From a virus (taxonomy: Duplodnaviria > Caudoviricetes): a DNA stretch of 49,129 bases. Position 1 is the stretch's first letter; every line of letters starts with the position of its first letter. Below the pieces are notes generated by a model. That model saw nothing but the letters and a program-made list of their open reading frames with translations. It did not search any database and was not told the DNA's origin. Made by a program: the position numbers and the translations under genes. The DNA is taken from IMG/VR virus record IMGVR_UViG_3300026541_000038, positions 1 to 49,129 of that record; one strand, given 5' to 3'. This document shows, piece after piece, positions 25,243-36,193 of the stretch.

Positions 25243-27612
25243 CTAAACTGTAACAGTAAAATCAACATCAAATCTGAACCAATCACCATTATTTGATCTT
25301 ACAAATAGATGAGGTAGTAATCCAGTATCAATTCCCATTGCACCTTTATGAGTTCCATAAAATCCATCAAGGTCTGCTTTAGTTGGAACAACTGGAGGAA
25401 TTGCTTGAGGCATTGCCAACATTCCAGCACTCCCAGTAGTTGAAGCTGCATCATCTAGTTGTATTCCAAATTCTACAGATGATGTAGAGAGTATTTTTCC
25501 AAATGTAATAGTAAGATCTTGAATATCTATAATCTTTCCACCAAACATGTCAATATCTCCACCAACCATGTTAAGTTCACTAGTACCACCACTTGCTTGT
25601 AAAGTATCAAATCCTGTAATATCTCCACCATTGACATTCATTACAGATCCTGCACCATTGAAAGTAGTATCTCCCAAATTAATCAAATTGTTATTGGCTG
25701 CATCAATTTGACTTACCCAGGGTGTTTGAGCACTAGGTCCTAATGGTCCAATCTCAACACCGTTTGATTGAACATAGAATACTTTTGTATTTCCTCCTTC
25801 TTCTTTTGCATAAAGTCTAGCAGTATTAGCTAATCCAGCAGGTGTTGAAATTTCGGTAAGTTGGATATAATTATTAGTGACATCTAAATTACTAAGTAAT
25901 TTTATATTTCCATCATTTGTGTCATTTATTCTAATAAAATCATTTTGAATTCCATTTTGTGCTACTCCAATTTGTGCAGAACCACTTCCACCTGAAGTAA
26001 CATCAACAATACTTCCTGCATAAAATGCCATTGTAAGCTGAGTTGGTGTGTCATTATCTGCACTTAATTCAAACGCACCAATACCTCCTATAGCTACTGG
26101 TGATATGTGATTTACAATTCTAGAAAATGATGAGCTATTATCATCTTGTATTTCAAATATTCCACCCATAAAAGAGGCTTTTAATTCATTTTGAACAGAC
26201 CATCCCCATCCATCATTTACATTAACATTAGAAATTAAATCGCCTGTTGAATCAATATACCATACAACATCATTTACACTAGTAGCCGATGTTGTACCTC
26301 CTGATAATTGAAGTCTATCTACATTAATTACATCATTACTATTATGATCCACATCTCTAAACATATCGACTAAATTATTTTTTCCATCATTGAATCTCAT
26401 GAATATATTTTGAGAACCAATTTGGTTAACCTGAAATGCCATTCCACCTTCAAATGTTGTGTTGCCAGTATCTTCTGCAGTAAATGAAATAATTGATGCA
26501 AGTGTCTCACCCCCTGTTGTTCTGGGATATAATCCTCTAATGTCTGCTATTGATGTTCCTGCTGCTGGAACCGTTCCCTCTCTTACAATTTGTATTATGG
26601 GAAGTCCATTGGTTCTTGATTTTCGAAGTGTTGATACTGTATCTTGTAAACCAATTACATTAGAGTGAGTAAAAATTATTGCCTCAGTATCTATATTATT
26701 AATTACAAGATCACCAGCTCCAATATTATCAACATAAATTTGGGGAACGTTTACACCAGCAACTACCCCTGAATTTTGAACAAATATCGCTCTATCAATA
26801 TTTACAATATCTAAAGTTTTTATATCAATTTGAGTAGCAGATAATTCTAATACATTATTTCCAGCATTAATATTGAAAATCATTTTGTCATTGGTATCGA
26901 CACTTATTCCCAAGTAATCATCATTAGCTGTATTACTCCATGCGATTCCAATTACATTATTTGGAATGTTTAGTTGTGCAGCAGTAGGAGAGTTTGCACC
27001 AAATGCTAATTTTTGTTGTGCTACCCAATCAAGTGCAGCATTAGCTTCTAAATGTTGATATTGTGCAGTTGCAGCAGGTACATTTACAGTTCCTCCAGTT
27101 GATGAAAGAAAAATTTTATACGCTCCGCCTGTAACTCCTGTTTCTGTTTCTGAGTGTTTTACTAATTCATAAAATTCTGTATCAGTAATTGTAATATCAT
27201 TAGAAGTTAGTATGTCACCCCCTGACTTTATTATTAGAGTTCTTCCAATCTTTGGAGTAATTTTTATTCTTGCACCATCTTTTGCTGTACCTTGAATAAA
27301 TCGTAACTCCATATCAACTGCAGGAGTTACAAAATCTACTATTATCATAGAAGATATGAGATTAATCTTATCAAATACACCAGTAGATGATCCTGAACTA
27401 TCTACATCTGTAATTTGATGTATTATTGGCTCGTTTGATCTGACACCGCCAGCATCTCCTGATGCATCGTTTCTAGATCCACGTGTTGAATCTATTGATA
27501 TATCCTCATTTCCACCAACAGAGCTAATTTGAGAATCAATAATATCATCGAGTTGTCTTTGTAACTCGTCTATCTTTTCATTATCTGATCCTGTTTCAAA
27601 TCCTCTTACCAT
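25243..27612 (-). CDS. Tail fibre/spike protein
   Basis: Gly/Asn/Asp-rich beta repeats, STPA...ARLYAKE motif; last tail gene. Confidence 0.7.
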   Translation of the reverse strand: MVRGFETGSDNEKIDELQRQLDDIIDSQISSVGGNEDISIDSTRGSRNDASGDAGGVRSNEPIIHQITDVDSSGSSTGVFDKINLISSMIIVDFVTPAVDMELRFIQGTAKDGARIKITPKIGRTLIIKSGGDILTSNDITITDTEFYELVKHSETETGVTGGAYKIFLSSTGGTVNVPAATAQYQHLEANAALDWVAQQKLAFGANSPTAAQLNIPNNVIGIAWSNTANDDYLGISVDTNDKMIFNINAGNNVLELSATQIDIKTLDIVNIDRAIFVQNSGVVAGVNVPQIYVDNIGAGDLVINNIDTEAIIFTHSNVIGLQDTVSTLRKSRTNGLPIIQIVREGTVPAAGTSIADIRGLYPRTTGGETLASIISFTAEDTGNTTFEGGMAFQVNQIGSQNIFMRFNDGKNNLVDMFRDVDHNSNDVINVDRLQLSGGTTSATSVNDVVWYIDSTGDLISNVNVNDGWGWSVQNELKASFMGGIFEIQDDNSSSFSRIVNHISPVAIGGIGAFELSADNDTPTQLTMAFYAGSIVDVTSGGSGSAQIGVAQNGIQNDFIRINDTNDGNIKLLSNLDVTNNYIQLTEISTPAGLANTARLYAKEEGGNTKVFYVQSNGVEIGPLGPSAQTPWVSQIDAANNNLINLGDTTFNGAGSVMNVNGGDITGFDTLQASGGTSELNMVGGDIDMFGGKIIDIQDLTITFGKILSTSSVEFGIQLDDAASTTGSAGMLAMPQAIPPVVPTKADLDGFYGTHKGAMGIDTGLLPHLFVRSNNGDWFRFDVDFTVTV

Positions 27613-27620
27613 AATATCAC

Positions 27621-30503
27621 CTATGTTATAACAAACTTCCTAACTAAGAATAATCTGGTGTTTGTTCCCTTGTTATCATAAATTTCCTCTTTGTATGACA
27701 CGACACTTGTTAAACTTCCACCTGGAACCCTTGAACCAGTTTCTGTAACTTCCTGGCCGTATTGAATATCAAGATTAGTTCCAATTGCAACGTGTCTCTC
27801 GTTTGGATAAAAGTCATTTTTGATTACTGCAGAATTTCCTTTAGCTCTTGCTGTCAGATAATCAGTTTCTTCTTGCATCTGAATCCAGTCAGTTCTAGGA
27901 TCATCTACTGGTGTAGTTGGAAATATTGCATATCCTTCTTTGACATAGTATTCCTCATCAGTTGTCAGTGTAGTGTGATCAATATCAGATGAGGATGTAA
28001 CAAAAGCCCCTACATCATTTCCATTAAACACATCATCAATAAACTCTAAAATATCTGGAATCAGTTGTGTTCCAGCCTCTATGTATCTGTCAATATAGTT
28101 TTTGTAATTTCCTGTGTACATTCCAATATCATTGTATGAGCCTTTCATAAAATAACCCCAAGAGTCATTTCGTCTGAATTCGTATTTTACACCGCTAAAC
28201 TCTTTTTCCTGTATGTTAAAGTCAAACGGTAATGTGAATCCATAAACTTCGAATAGCTCATCTATTCTATTAAAATAAAGATTGGTTGGTCCAAAAGGTG
28301 GAAGCTTAACATCTACTGTGAAAAATACATTGTTCTCAGGTATTGAAAAGTCCTTAAAGAAAAATCTTGAATTGCTGTCTTTTCGCCAGTACACCATTGG
28401 AATATTTTTCTTACCCTTTGATTTTTCTGATTCGTCTGAACTTCTAAAAATTCCTAATTTTGTCTTAAAGGAGTGCTCTGTAATTCTCCCCATATCTTCT
28501 GAGTCCAATCCACGATTATACCCTATCAGCCCTTTTCTATTACGATTAAGATTGATGTGATCTATTCTTGGATTATTAGGAAAGTTTGTACCATCTCCAC
28601 CATATGCTCCACCTAGATTTGTACTAATAGAATCACTAATTGGTTTTGGGTACATATCGTGATACCATGCACCTCTACTAGTTCTGTTATTATCCTCTCC
28701 ACCTTCTATGAAATCTTTCCAGTCAAATCTTTGTTCTAATGCCTGACTTGGTATTCCACTAGATCCTTTTACTAACTGCATGGATCTTACTAGATGAACT
28801 GGTGCAGGTTTAGCATTGTCAGCTATTGTCCAAACTGTAACCCAATTAGCACCATTAAATCTTAATGCATTTCCTGTTTGATGATTTAGAGGAATATTGT
28901 CATTTGTAATTGGATCATCTGAGAATTCCCAATGTGGAGAAATCCCTTGAAATAAATCCCTTACAAATTCTGCAATCTGATTTGCATGTCCTACAAATTC
29001 TCCAACAGGAGAGGTTCCAACCAATACTCTAAACCCATCATGCAATTCTCTTGATGGTGGTAGTGGTGGATTGTTCTCTATTCGTCTAATGCTTTTTCCA
29101 GTTACAATTTTGAATCGATTAGTATAGTCTGGAATATCATTTAGTATTCGTTCATAGTTCCAATCTAATGCATATCCCACATATCCTGCAGGTGGAGAAT
29201 CAATTGCAGCAAGATTTCTTTGTGAATTAAACAAGTCATTTGTAAATGGAGTGTACGTTGTAAATCCCACATATCTGCTAGCTGGTCGTGCAAACTGTGT
29301 TGGTGTCCAGTCTGAACTAAGATTAGGAGTTACTGGACTAGGACCATTGGCAGTATTTGCAAAGAAATAGTTTACTGCTCCACCTGTCTCAAATGTTACA
29401 ACTTCATTTACTGTGTAAAATGCATTTGCACTAAATGGAGGAATTACTGAAAAATCCTCAAACCAGTTTGTATTATCCTCATCAGGTGTAGTAGTTGATG
29501 TAACGTCAAATGATGCTTCAAAAAATCTAATGATATTTGGACTGATTGCATTGTCTGTGAGTTTTACAACATCGCCTGCCAAGTATGCCTGACTTGGAAC
29601 CCATTCAGCTCTGTTTGATGCGTGAATAAAGCTTGATGCAAATCTTGTATGCTCCATTCTTAGAGAGCCAGAACGTAATCCAAACTTTACAAGTGCTATC
29701 TTTTTCCTCTTTTTGTTTGAAGTCATTATTGCCTTGTCGTTTGGTGAAGCATCCTGATCATTGTCTGGATCTATTACTACACCTGAATTAATCAGACCAA
29801 ACTCTTGAAAGAATATGTTAACTACATTTGTAGAAATAGGATCAGCAAATGTATGATAAAAAAAGTTCTTGAAAACTCCGCCTAGTGGACCAGCTTGCTC
29901 TATTCTATCAATCACCTTATCTAATAATTCTCCAATTGGTTTGGGTGAAGTTGGCTTGTAATCAAACTGTAATGCATCATTATTTGGAATATCAATATCT
30001 ACTAAATCAAATGCTAGTGTAACGTTTTGTGATCCACCTTGTCCATTGTTATAGGTGAGGACATTAACTACTCTTTGCTGAGGTGTTACAAGCTCATCAT
30101 TTAATGCACATCTAGTTTCTTTTAGTGCATTGTACGCTATACTTTCTAATGGTATCTGCATAATTTCACCTAAATCTGGATCATCTGTAAATGTAGGAGT
30201 TGATAGTCTATACCTTTGAAGCTCTGATGCTTTACCGTCCTGCTTCATCTCTATCTGGATTAGGTATTTGTCAGGTGCATCTTTATCAATTAAAATTGGT
30301 GCTGCTCTTACAAACTGCCCATCTAGATCAATATACAAAGAGAGTACTGCAGACGGAACCAGTCCATCACCTTCCTTTTCTGTAAGTCTAGCATAGAAAG
30401 GTTTTAGATCACCGTCAATCAATCCCCCCTCTGTTATTCCAGTAGGCGTTGACTGTGTTTTGTCAATTAATTGAATTAACGAATCATCAAAATTATAGGT
30501 CAA
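27621..30503 (-). CDS. Baseplate/tail-tip protein with carbohydrate-binding-module-like repeats
   Basis: WVPSQAYLAGDVV and FSANAFYTVNEVV (CBM5/12-like); 960 aa. Confidence 0.65.
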   Translation of the reverse strand: MTYNFDDSLIQLIDKTQSTPTGITEGGLIDGDLKPFYARLTEKEGDGLVPSAVLSLYIDLDGQFVRAAPILIDKDAPDKYLIQIEMKQDGKASELQRYRLSTPTFTDDPDLGEIMQIPLESIAYNALKETRCALNDELVTPQQRVVNVLTYNNGQGGSQNVTLAFDLVDIDIPNNDALQFDYKPTSPKPIGELLDKVIDRIEQAGPLGGVFKNFFYHTFADPISTNVVNIFFQEFGLINSGVVIDPDNDQDASPNDKAIMTSNKKRKKIALVKFGLRSGSLRMEHTRFASSFIHASNRAEWVPSQAYLAGDVVKLTDNAISPNIIRFFEASFDVTSTTTPDEDNTNWFEDFSVIPPFSANAFYTVNEVVTFETGGAVNYFFANTANGPSPVTPNLSSDWTPTQFARPASRYVGFTTYTPFTNDLFNSQRNLAAIDSPPAGYVGYALDWNYERILNDIPDYTNRFKIVTGKSIRRIENNPPLPPSRELHDGFRVLVGTSPVGEFVGHANQIAEFVRDLFQGISPHWEFSDDPITNDNIPLNHQTGNALRFNGANWVTVWTIADNAKPAPVHLVRSMQLVKGSSGIPSQALEQRFDWKDFIEGGEDNNRTSRGAWYHDMYPKPISDSISTNLGGAYGGDGTNFPNNPRIDHINLNRNRKGLIGYNRGLDSEDMGRITEHSFKTKLGIFRSSDESEKSKGKKNIPMVYWRKDSNSRFFFKDFSIPENNVFFTVDVKLPPFGPTNLYFNRIDELFEVYGFTLPFDFNIQEKEFSGVKYEFRRNDSWGYFMKGSYNDIGMYTGNYKNYIDRYIEAGTQLIPDILEFIDDVFNGNDVGAFVTSSSDIDHTTLTTDEEYYVKEGYAIFPTTPVDDPRTDWIQMQEETDYLTARAKGNSAVIKNDFYPNERHVAIGTNLDIQYGQEVTETGSRVPGGSLTSVVSYKEEIYDNKGTNTRLFLVRKFVIT

Positions 30504-30985
30504 ATATCCCCACCATAACTCACAGTTACTGAAAAATCAAAAATCTCTTTTGTAATTCCTACGTGCTTTCCTTGTCGATCCATTATCATAAATCCTGTCG
30601 TAGATGTAGCATCTTTGTTTAGATAACTTGGTCCATTTGGATACGATATTCCAAAGACTCCAAATGGTAATTCTGTAATTCCCTGCGGAATATTCATAAA
30701 AGCAAAAAGTTTGTCTGCTGATTCAACATTGGAATCAATAATATAATTTCCAGATAGCGTTAATATCCATGACGCAAATCCCTCATCTGTTTGAATTATT
30801 CTTCTGCCTGATGGTTTTGGTGGGACTTTTCTTACTATATTATTCTTCTGCCCTTCATCAATTCCAGATGCAAGATCATTAGGTGGCGTGAATAACAATT
30901 TCTGTGCATCAGGAAGATTAACAGGAAGTGGAATAGCAGCTTGAAGTGTAGATGCTGTTCTAAAGAATAACATTGCATTAGCCAT
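30500..30985 (-). CDS. Distal-tail-like protein
   Basis: Lies between TMP-like and hub genes. Confidence 0.45.
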   Translation of the reverse strand: MANAMLFFRTASTLQAAIPLPVNLPDAQKLLFTPPNDLASGIDEGQKNNIVRKVPPKPSGRRIIQTDEGFASWILTLSGNYIIDSNVESADKLFAFMNIPQGITELPFGVFGISYPNGPSYLNKDATSTTGFMIMDRQGKHVGITKEIFDFSVTVSYGGDI

Positions 30986-31683
30986 TATTTGCCTAACTCC
31001 TGTGATGTGTAACGAATATGCTCATATCTCAAATTTAATGTGTTTGATGTCTCAGGTGCTTTTTGTGCCATTCTCAAATCAGATGTTAGAAACTTTGTTC
31101 CACTTCTTACATCAATTACATAATCAATATCTACAATATTTTTTTCACGTTCTGTAATTTTTAGTGCAGTTGAAAATATTCCCCCTCTTTCAAATTCTTG
31201 AAAGAATTGTGTAGTTATTGCAGTTACTGCAGATGCAATTAGTAATCCAATGGGTCCAAATCTTGCAGCTATCCCACCAAATACACCCAAAGCACCACCT
31301 GAAATAGATCCAGAAGTTAGAAATGATTCAGCACCCTCTAATTTATCTACGAACTTGTCCTGAAAGTCATCTATCTTTTTTAGTGCCTTTTTCTGTTTTT
31401 TTTCTAGTTCTTTGATTTTCTTCTGCATGTCAGTAAATGCACTTGCTGTTTTTTGTCCAGATATTGCACCAGTTCTTGTCTGTTTTTTTGCCTCACTTTT
31501 TGGAAGTATATCTTTAGGATCTCCGATAAATGAAATTGGTGCAGTGCTTGTAGTGAGTTGTTTTTGTATCTTGTCATTTGCTTTTTTAATTCTTTGAGCC
31601 TCTTTGAGTTTTTTAGCTTCTTCTACAAGCTGACGTGTATCAACTAGATGAAGCTCTACTTCCTCATCAACTATCCCAGACAT
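30985..31683 (-). CDS. Very short tape-measure-like protein
   Basis: Coiled coil plus GGIAARFGPIGLLIASAVTA hydrophobic segment; position. Confidence 0.5.
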   Translation of the reverse strand: MSGIVDEEVELHLVDTRQLVEEAKKLKEAQRIKKANDKIQKQLTTSTAPISFIGDPKDILPKSEAKKQTRTGAISGQKTASAFTDMQKKIKELEKKQKKALKKIDDFQDKFVDKLEGAESFLTSGSISGGALGVFGGIAARFGPIGLLIASAVTAITTQFFQEFERGGIFSTALKITEREKNIVDIDYVIDVRSGTKFLTSDLRMAQKAPETSNTLNLRYEHIRYTSQELGK

Positions 31684-31708
31684 GAATAATTTTTCATGTC
31701 ATATACAA

Positions 31709-31720
31709 AAAGAATTATTT
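31709..31720 (-). promoter_or_regulatory. Late-promoter motif
   Basis: 26 nt upstream of ATG 31683. Confidence 0.7.
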
Positions 31721-31730
31721 TAGAAATAAT

Positions 31731-32021
31731 TTATCTATTCAAAACTTGTTTGCATCTTTGTACATCTTCTAACTGATAACTGGTATGAGATGCTAACACT
31801 TTTTTACATATTTCTGTCTCTTCATTTCTTATTTCTAGATTATTTTTGATACACTCTAAATCACTAATATTAATACACCACTTTTTACGAGTATTTTCTT
31901 CTATTTTTTGCCATTTTTTATCATTTTCAATCATTTGATTTATGATGATTCCAGAGAAAACAGAGAAAAATAACAAAACTATTGCAGATATTGCAATTAG
32001 TATTATTTTCTTTTTACTCAT
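31731..32021 (-). CDS. Membrane-anchored protein inserted in the tail module (moron-like)
   Basis: N-terminal TM; lower GC; four Cys. Confidence 0.6.
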   Translation of the reverse strand: MSKKKIILIAISAIVLLFFSVFSGIIINQMIENDKKWQKIEENTRKKWCINISDLECIKNNLEIRNEETEICKKVLASHTSYQLEDVQRCKQVLNR

Positions 32022-32064
32022 AATATTTGGAAAATTTAGGTAGTTATTTTAATTTATGCCATTA

Positions 32065-32607
32065 TTATGATCTTAGAACCTTACTCATCCATTTTTTTGT
32101 TTCTTGGTTTATTCTTTTTTGAACTCTTCCAATATTTTTCTCTATAACAATTTTCACATTTTTCTGAGCTGGGAATACAGGAATCTCTACTTTTTTTAAA
32201 AATTTTTTCTCTCCACCAATAATTGGTGTAAGATGAGGTCGTGGTCTATCTGATGTTGGTTCAGGGGAAGATATTGTATAAGCTTCTCGTCCATCTTCAA
32301 ACATTACGGCAACTTCAAATCCGGTATCTGAATCTTTGTAAGTTGATTTTATCTTGAAAATAAACAGGTTTCCAATTATGAATACATTTGGATCTAAAAA
32401 TGTTTCATTAATTACTTTAAGAGATACATTATTGTTTCTCATTCTTTGTTGTATTTTATCAACGATTTCCACATTAATTATAGTAGTAAGTGAAAAAACA
32501 ATAAATGATTCGTATTGTAATATTATCTGTGCAATTTTAGATTCTAATTCTTGAATATCTTTTTGGGTTTTGATTATTATCTTGTTTCCCTTTAGCTGTA
32601 ATACCAT
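32065..32607 (-). CDS. Neck/tail-completion-like protein
   Basis: AVMFEDGREAYTI...FLKKVEIP pattern resembles HK97 gp10-like proteins. Confidence 0.5.
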   Translation of the reverse strand: MVLQLKGNKIIIKTQKDIQELESKIAQIILQYESFIVFSLTTIINVEIVDKIQQRMRNNNVSLKVINETFLDPNVFIIGNLFIFKIKSTYKDSDTGFEVAVMFEDGREAYTISSPEPTSDRPRPHLTPIIGGEKKFLKKVEIPVFPAQKNVKIVIEKNIGRVQKRINQETKKWMSKVLRS

Positions 32608-33098
32608 TAACTTGTATCACGAACAAAGGATATTGTGCCAGGTAAGATTCTGCCTGTAGTATTAAAGAATACATCACCATCTCCATTAACTCTAGGTAAT
32701 CCAAATTCCTCCATTTCATAGGTGTAATTTAATCTCATAACGTTTGGACTAGGTGCATCTTTTGCAACATATACACATGAAACCTCTACTTGTACTGAGT
32801 TTCTTTGATCCTTTTGAAAGATAAACCAAGATATTGTTTTAGTGTCAGTTGGTGGAGTAACTGTATCTACTTCACTTGTTGTTAGTACCATTGTTTGATT
32901 ATGAATGCTTTTTGATACTTCAGGAGTCAAATGTAATGTTCCATCATCTGCTATACGATCAAGATTTGGATAGATGAATGATGGTTCTGATTCCTGTAAA
33001 GATTTTAGTCTGTATCTGTTAGCACCTGATATTAACTGTAAAAAACTATCATAAACCTGAGCTCTATTTTCTAACAGACTTGTATTAAAATCAGTCAT
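32607..33098 (-). CDS. Putative tail tube protein
   Basis: Beta-rich 163 aa; position after terminator-like gene. Confidence 0.4.
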   Translation of the reverse strand: MTDFNTSLLENRAQVYDSFLQLISGANRYRLKSLQESEPSFIYPNLDRIADDGTLHLTPEVSKSIHNQTMVLTTSEVDTVTPPTDTKTISWFIFQKDQRNSVQVEVSCVYVAKDAPSPNVMRLNYTYEMEEFGLPRVNGDGDVFFNTTGRILPGTISFVRDTS

Positions 33099-33289
33099 TT
33101 CTTTACCCCTCGCTTTGGAAGTAATTTTACTGTTATTTTAGAATCTTTTATTCCAAGTATCATGTATTCTCTTTTTTTATAATCAAATGACATTCCAACA
33201 TTTGGCATTTCATCCCATTTCAAATTACATAATTTCTCATCATTGATAAAACATGAAACATCCATAATCTTTTTTGTTTGATTAGTCAT
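33095..33289 (-). CDS. Hypothetical protein
   Basis: ORF track; coupled to neighbours. Confidence 0.55.
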   Translation of the reverse strand: MTNQTKKIMDVSCFINDEKLCNLKWDEMPNVGMSFDYKKREYMILGIKDSKITVKLLPKRGVKK

Positions 33290-33296
33290 AATAGAA

Positions 33297-34136
33297 TTAA
33301 GCAGTTTCCCTGTTAACTTGTAAAAATACTGTTCTTATTCCATCAAATCTTTCTGATTGTCTTTGATATTCAAGTTTGGCAGTGTATGTTATGTTGCCTG
33401 ATGGGTATTGTAATGTAAGATTAAGTGTATTATCTGCAATAATTAAATTCTCTAAACTTTCAAAAGTAGCAGTACTGTATTCATATTCAAAGAACCTAGT
33501 TCCTACAAATGCTCCTTTTGATCTTTTTGTATTGCCTTCATCATTTGATACAGTAGTATTATTTCGTCCATCATCACCTGTATCTGAAATAATATCCAAA
33601 TCACCAAATCCAGGAATTGTAATTACTAAAGTAATTCCTATTGTTGCAATTATTGTAAATGTAATTGATGTAATTAACTGTCCTTTTGTTTTAGGATCCC
33701 ATCCTGCATCATTTACTATACTTCTTGTAAATATAGGATCAGTTCCAGGATTTGGTAAATTTGGAGGAATTACAAATGTTGGATTATTATCAAAAAGATT
33801 TCTAAGATTTGTCATAAGTGCATATAGTTGCTTTTGTGATAGTTCGGTTTTTGCTTTTGATACTGCTAATAATACAATATCATATTGAACTGTAATTTGA
33901 TTTACATTTCCAGATTTTTCTTTTCCAAATGGATACCTTGTTGATTGAATACTATTTCTTGTAGTAACATAAACTGCTGGCTTTTGTTTTATAGAGATTT
34001 TATCATTGTTATTTGGATCACCAAAATTAACTTCTCTTAGTTTTCCTACAGTTACACCATCATCAAAAACATTGGTATCAGCTTTGATTACATCAACAAT
34101 TCTTTGAATATTTTTATTATGATCTACTGTTACCAA
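33297..34136 (-). CDS. Tail-terminator-like protein with extra C-terminal domain
   Basis: KPAVYV...ITVQYDIVL...SITFTI pattern. Confidence 0.5.
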   Translation of the reverse strand: MVTVDHNKNIQRIVDVIKADTNVFDDGVTVGKLREVNFGDPNNNDKISIKQKPAVYVTTRNSIQSTRYPFGKEKSGNVNQITVQYDIVLLAVSKAKTELSQKQLYALMTNLRNLFDNNPTFVIPPNLPNPGTDPIFTRSIVNDAGWDPKTKGQLITSITFTIIATIGITLVITIPGFGDLDIISDTGDDGRNNTTVSNDEGNTKRSKGAFVGTRFFEYEYSTATFESLENLIIADNTLNLTLQYPSGNITYTAKLEYQRQSERFDGIRTVFLQVNRETA

Positions 34137-34475
34137 TTATACCACCCAGAAAATAAGCCGTGTACTGGCTTCTGCTAAATCACCATCAATTAATTCTACT
34201 TTTCCAGTATATTCCCAACCATTTCTTAAATCAAGTATTGATGCTTCTGGTGATGAGTTTTGATATTCAATAAAAAATTGTCCCGGATTATTAGGTAAAT
34301 CTTCAACCAAAACACCTTGTTTTTCAAATCTTGTACCATCTGATTTGTAAAATACAATAAATTGATCAACTACATCTGTCAAATCAAATGGTGTAATTGC
34401 CTGACAATCAATTATTTTAGCTCTAAAAACTGATCCAGTATTACCTAGTGCTATCATTCTAGCCATTACATACAC
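34137..34475 (-). CDS. BppU-N-like Ig-fold virion protein
   Basis: PFDLT...FYKSDG...G.WEY.GKVEL. Confidence 0.55.
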   Translation of the reverse strand: MYVMARMIALGNTGSVFRAKIIDCQAITPFDLTDVVDQFIVFYKSDGTRFEKQGVLVEDLPNNPGQFFIEYQNSSPEASILDLRNGWEYTGKVELIDGDLAEASTRLIFWVV

Positions 34476-35302
34476 ACATCTCCTGACAAATTATCACTTA
34501 GACATACTTCACCTGATAATGTTTTAGTACTAATTCCAGGATCAGGTATCAATTGACTATCAAATAGACCTTGTTTTTGGAAAATACCAGTAAGAATAGT
34601 ATCTGTAAAAAATATTTTTTGCATTATTATTAATAATATAGAATTAGATAGAAAAGATTTTTGAATTGTTTCTAATAATAATGAATCACTAAAAAATACT
34701 TTAACATTTAATTGTGTTAATATGCTATCTGACGTAAATAATTTGGTAAAACTAAAAACTAGTGATGAATCTGCAGTGAAAAATTTTTGAAATGTTTGTT
34801 GTAATAATGAATTAGATGTGAATGTCTTTTCAAATGTTTTTTGTAATAATGAATCTGTAAGAAATTGTTTTTGCTCTCCTTGTAATACCTGTGAATCGGC
34901 AGTAAATCCTTTTTGAACATCACCAAAAAGAAAAGAATCCACTAAGACAAATTTATTTTTAATTGCTAGTAGTGAATCAGCAGCAAATGCTTTTTGTACA
35001 ATTAATATTACTCTTGAATCTGCTGTGAATAATTTTTGTAATCTAAATGCAAGAATTGAATCGTTAGTGAATACTTTTGTAATTGTTTGTATTAGTATAG
35101 AATCTGATGTAAATGCTTTTTGAAAAATATTAACTAAAATAGAATCTGTGTTACTTGGCTTTAGAAAACTCTTTAAAAGTATTCCATCTGATGTGAATTG
35201 TTTTTGTATAGTTGCTGCTAATACTGAATCTACTAAGAGTGTTTTAATATTGAAGATAAATGTTGTAATGTCGTGAATATGTGCTAAAGATGGACCTGAC
35301 AT
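34466..35302 (-). CDS. Repeat protein (~14-15-aa K.FT.DS.L repeats), putative fibre
   Basis: More than 12 tandem repeats visible. Confidence 0.75.
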   Translation of the reverse strand: MSGPSLAHIHDITTFIFNIKTLLVDSVLAATIQKQFTSDGILLKSFLKPSNTDSILVNIFQKAFTSDSILIQTITKVFTNDSILAFRLQKLFTADSRVILIVQKAFAADSLLAIKNKFVLVDSFLFGDVQKGFTADSQVLQGEQKQFLTDSLLQKTFEKTFTSNSLLQQTFQKFFTADSSLVFSFTKLFTSDSILTQLNVKVFFSDSLLLETIQKSFLSNSILLIIMQKIFFTDTILTGIFQKQGLFDSQLIPDPGISTKTLSGEVCLSDNLSGDVCM

Positions 35303-35303
35303 A

Positions 35304-35630
35304 TCATGCTGTGTATAATGCCCATCCTATAGTTCTAAATGTGCCTTCAGTGGATTGAGTACAAGATACTCTGTATTTGTTAGTACCTATCCAATTCAAA
35401 ATTAAAGCTGGAGCTACTTGCGGTCCTACTACTCTGATAGGTCTGTTTTTTTTACGAGTGCCAGTATTAGGATCATTAACCTCAATTTGGACAGTAATTT
35501 GTTCATTATCTTGTAGTTCATCAAAGAATAGTATTGTCTGGTACTGTTGGGAAACAGTTTTCTCAGGAAAGAGAAATTGCTCAGAGCCATCCATAAGTAG
35601 AGTACTAAAAGAATCCTCGCTAAAGGTCAA
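35304..35630 (-). CDS. Virion beta-sandwich protein
   Basis: ORF track; structural block. Confidence 0.55.
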   Translation of the reverse strand: MTFSEDSFSTLLMDGSEQFLFPEKTVSQQYQTILFFDELQDNEQITVQIEVNDPNTGTRKKNRPIRVVGPQVAPALILNWIGTNKYRVSCTQSTEGTFRTIGWALYTA

Positions 35631-36193
35631 TTTACGGATACTCCACTTTCTTTTGTATTATGAGTATCTTGACCTGTTAATACTGCTGCATGAGTATCAG
35701 TTAATGTTACTTCTGTGACATGTAATATTCCTCCTGAATTATCATTAGTATTTTGTGGTATTATTCCACCAGTTCCAGTTCTAGCAGTTTGTTCTAAAGT
35801 ATAAGTTACAGAACCCGATTGACCAGTATCAACTACACGTCCACTACCAACTCCTGCTTCAGTAGATGTATGAGTAGCCACAAAAGTACCTAACACTGTA
35901 GCACCTCGCTTTATGGAAAAGGTCGTATCACTTGAACTATTTGAAGTATTTCCCATAGCTACAAAACCTGAAATAACTATTATTGAATTAGTATCTGCAA
36001 TGGTTATAACAACAGTAGCAACTACTGTTCCATTACTTGTAACATCAACTCGCATATCACTAACGAAATCGGATGCCGAGAAAGTACCTTCAATATCATT
36101 ATTTCCTTCTGCTATACTACTTGCTCCCGTTAAATCAGCTGCTTGAGTATTAGATCCATCAAGTTTATCTTTTGCGTTAACTGCTACACTCAA
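35627..36193 (-). CDS. Virion/fibre protein
   Basis: S/T/G-rich; GSVTYTL. Confidence 0.6.
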   Translation of the reverse strand: MSVAVNAKDKLDGSNTQAADLTGASSIAEGNNDIEGTFSASDFVSDMRVDVTSNGTVVATVVITIADTNSIIVISGFVAMGNTSNSSSDTTFSIKRGATVLGTFVATHTSTEAGVGSGRVVDTGQSGSVTYTLEQTARTGTGGIIPQNTNDNSGGILHVTEVTLTDTHAAVLTGQDTHNTKESGVSVN

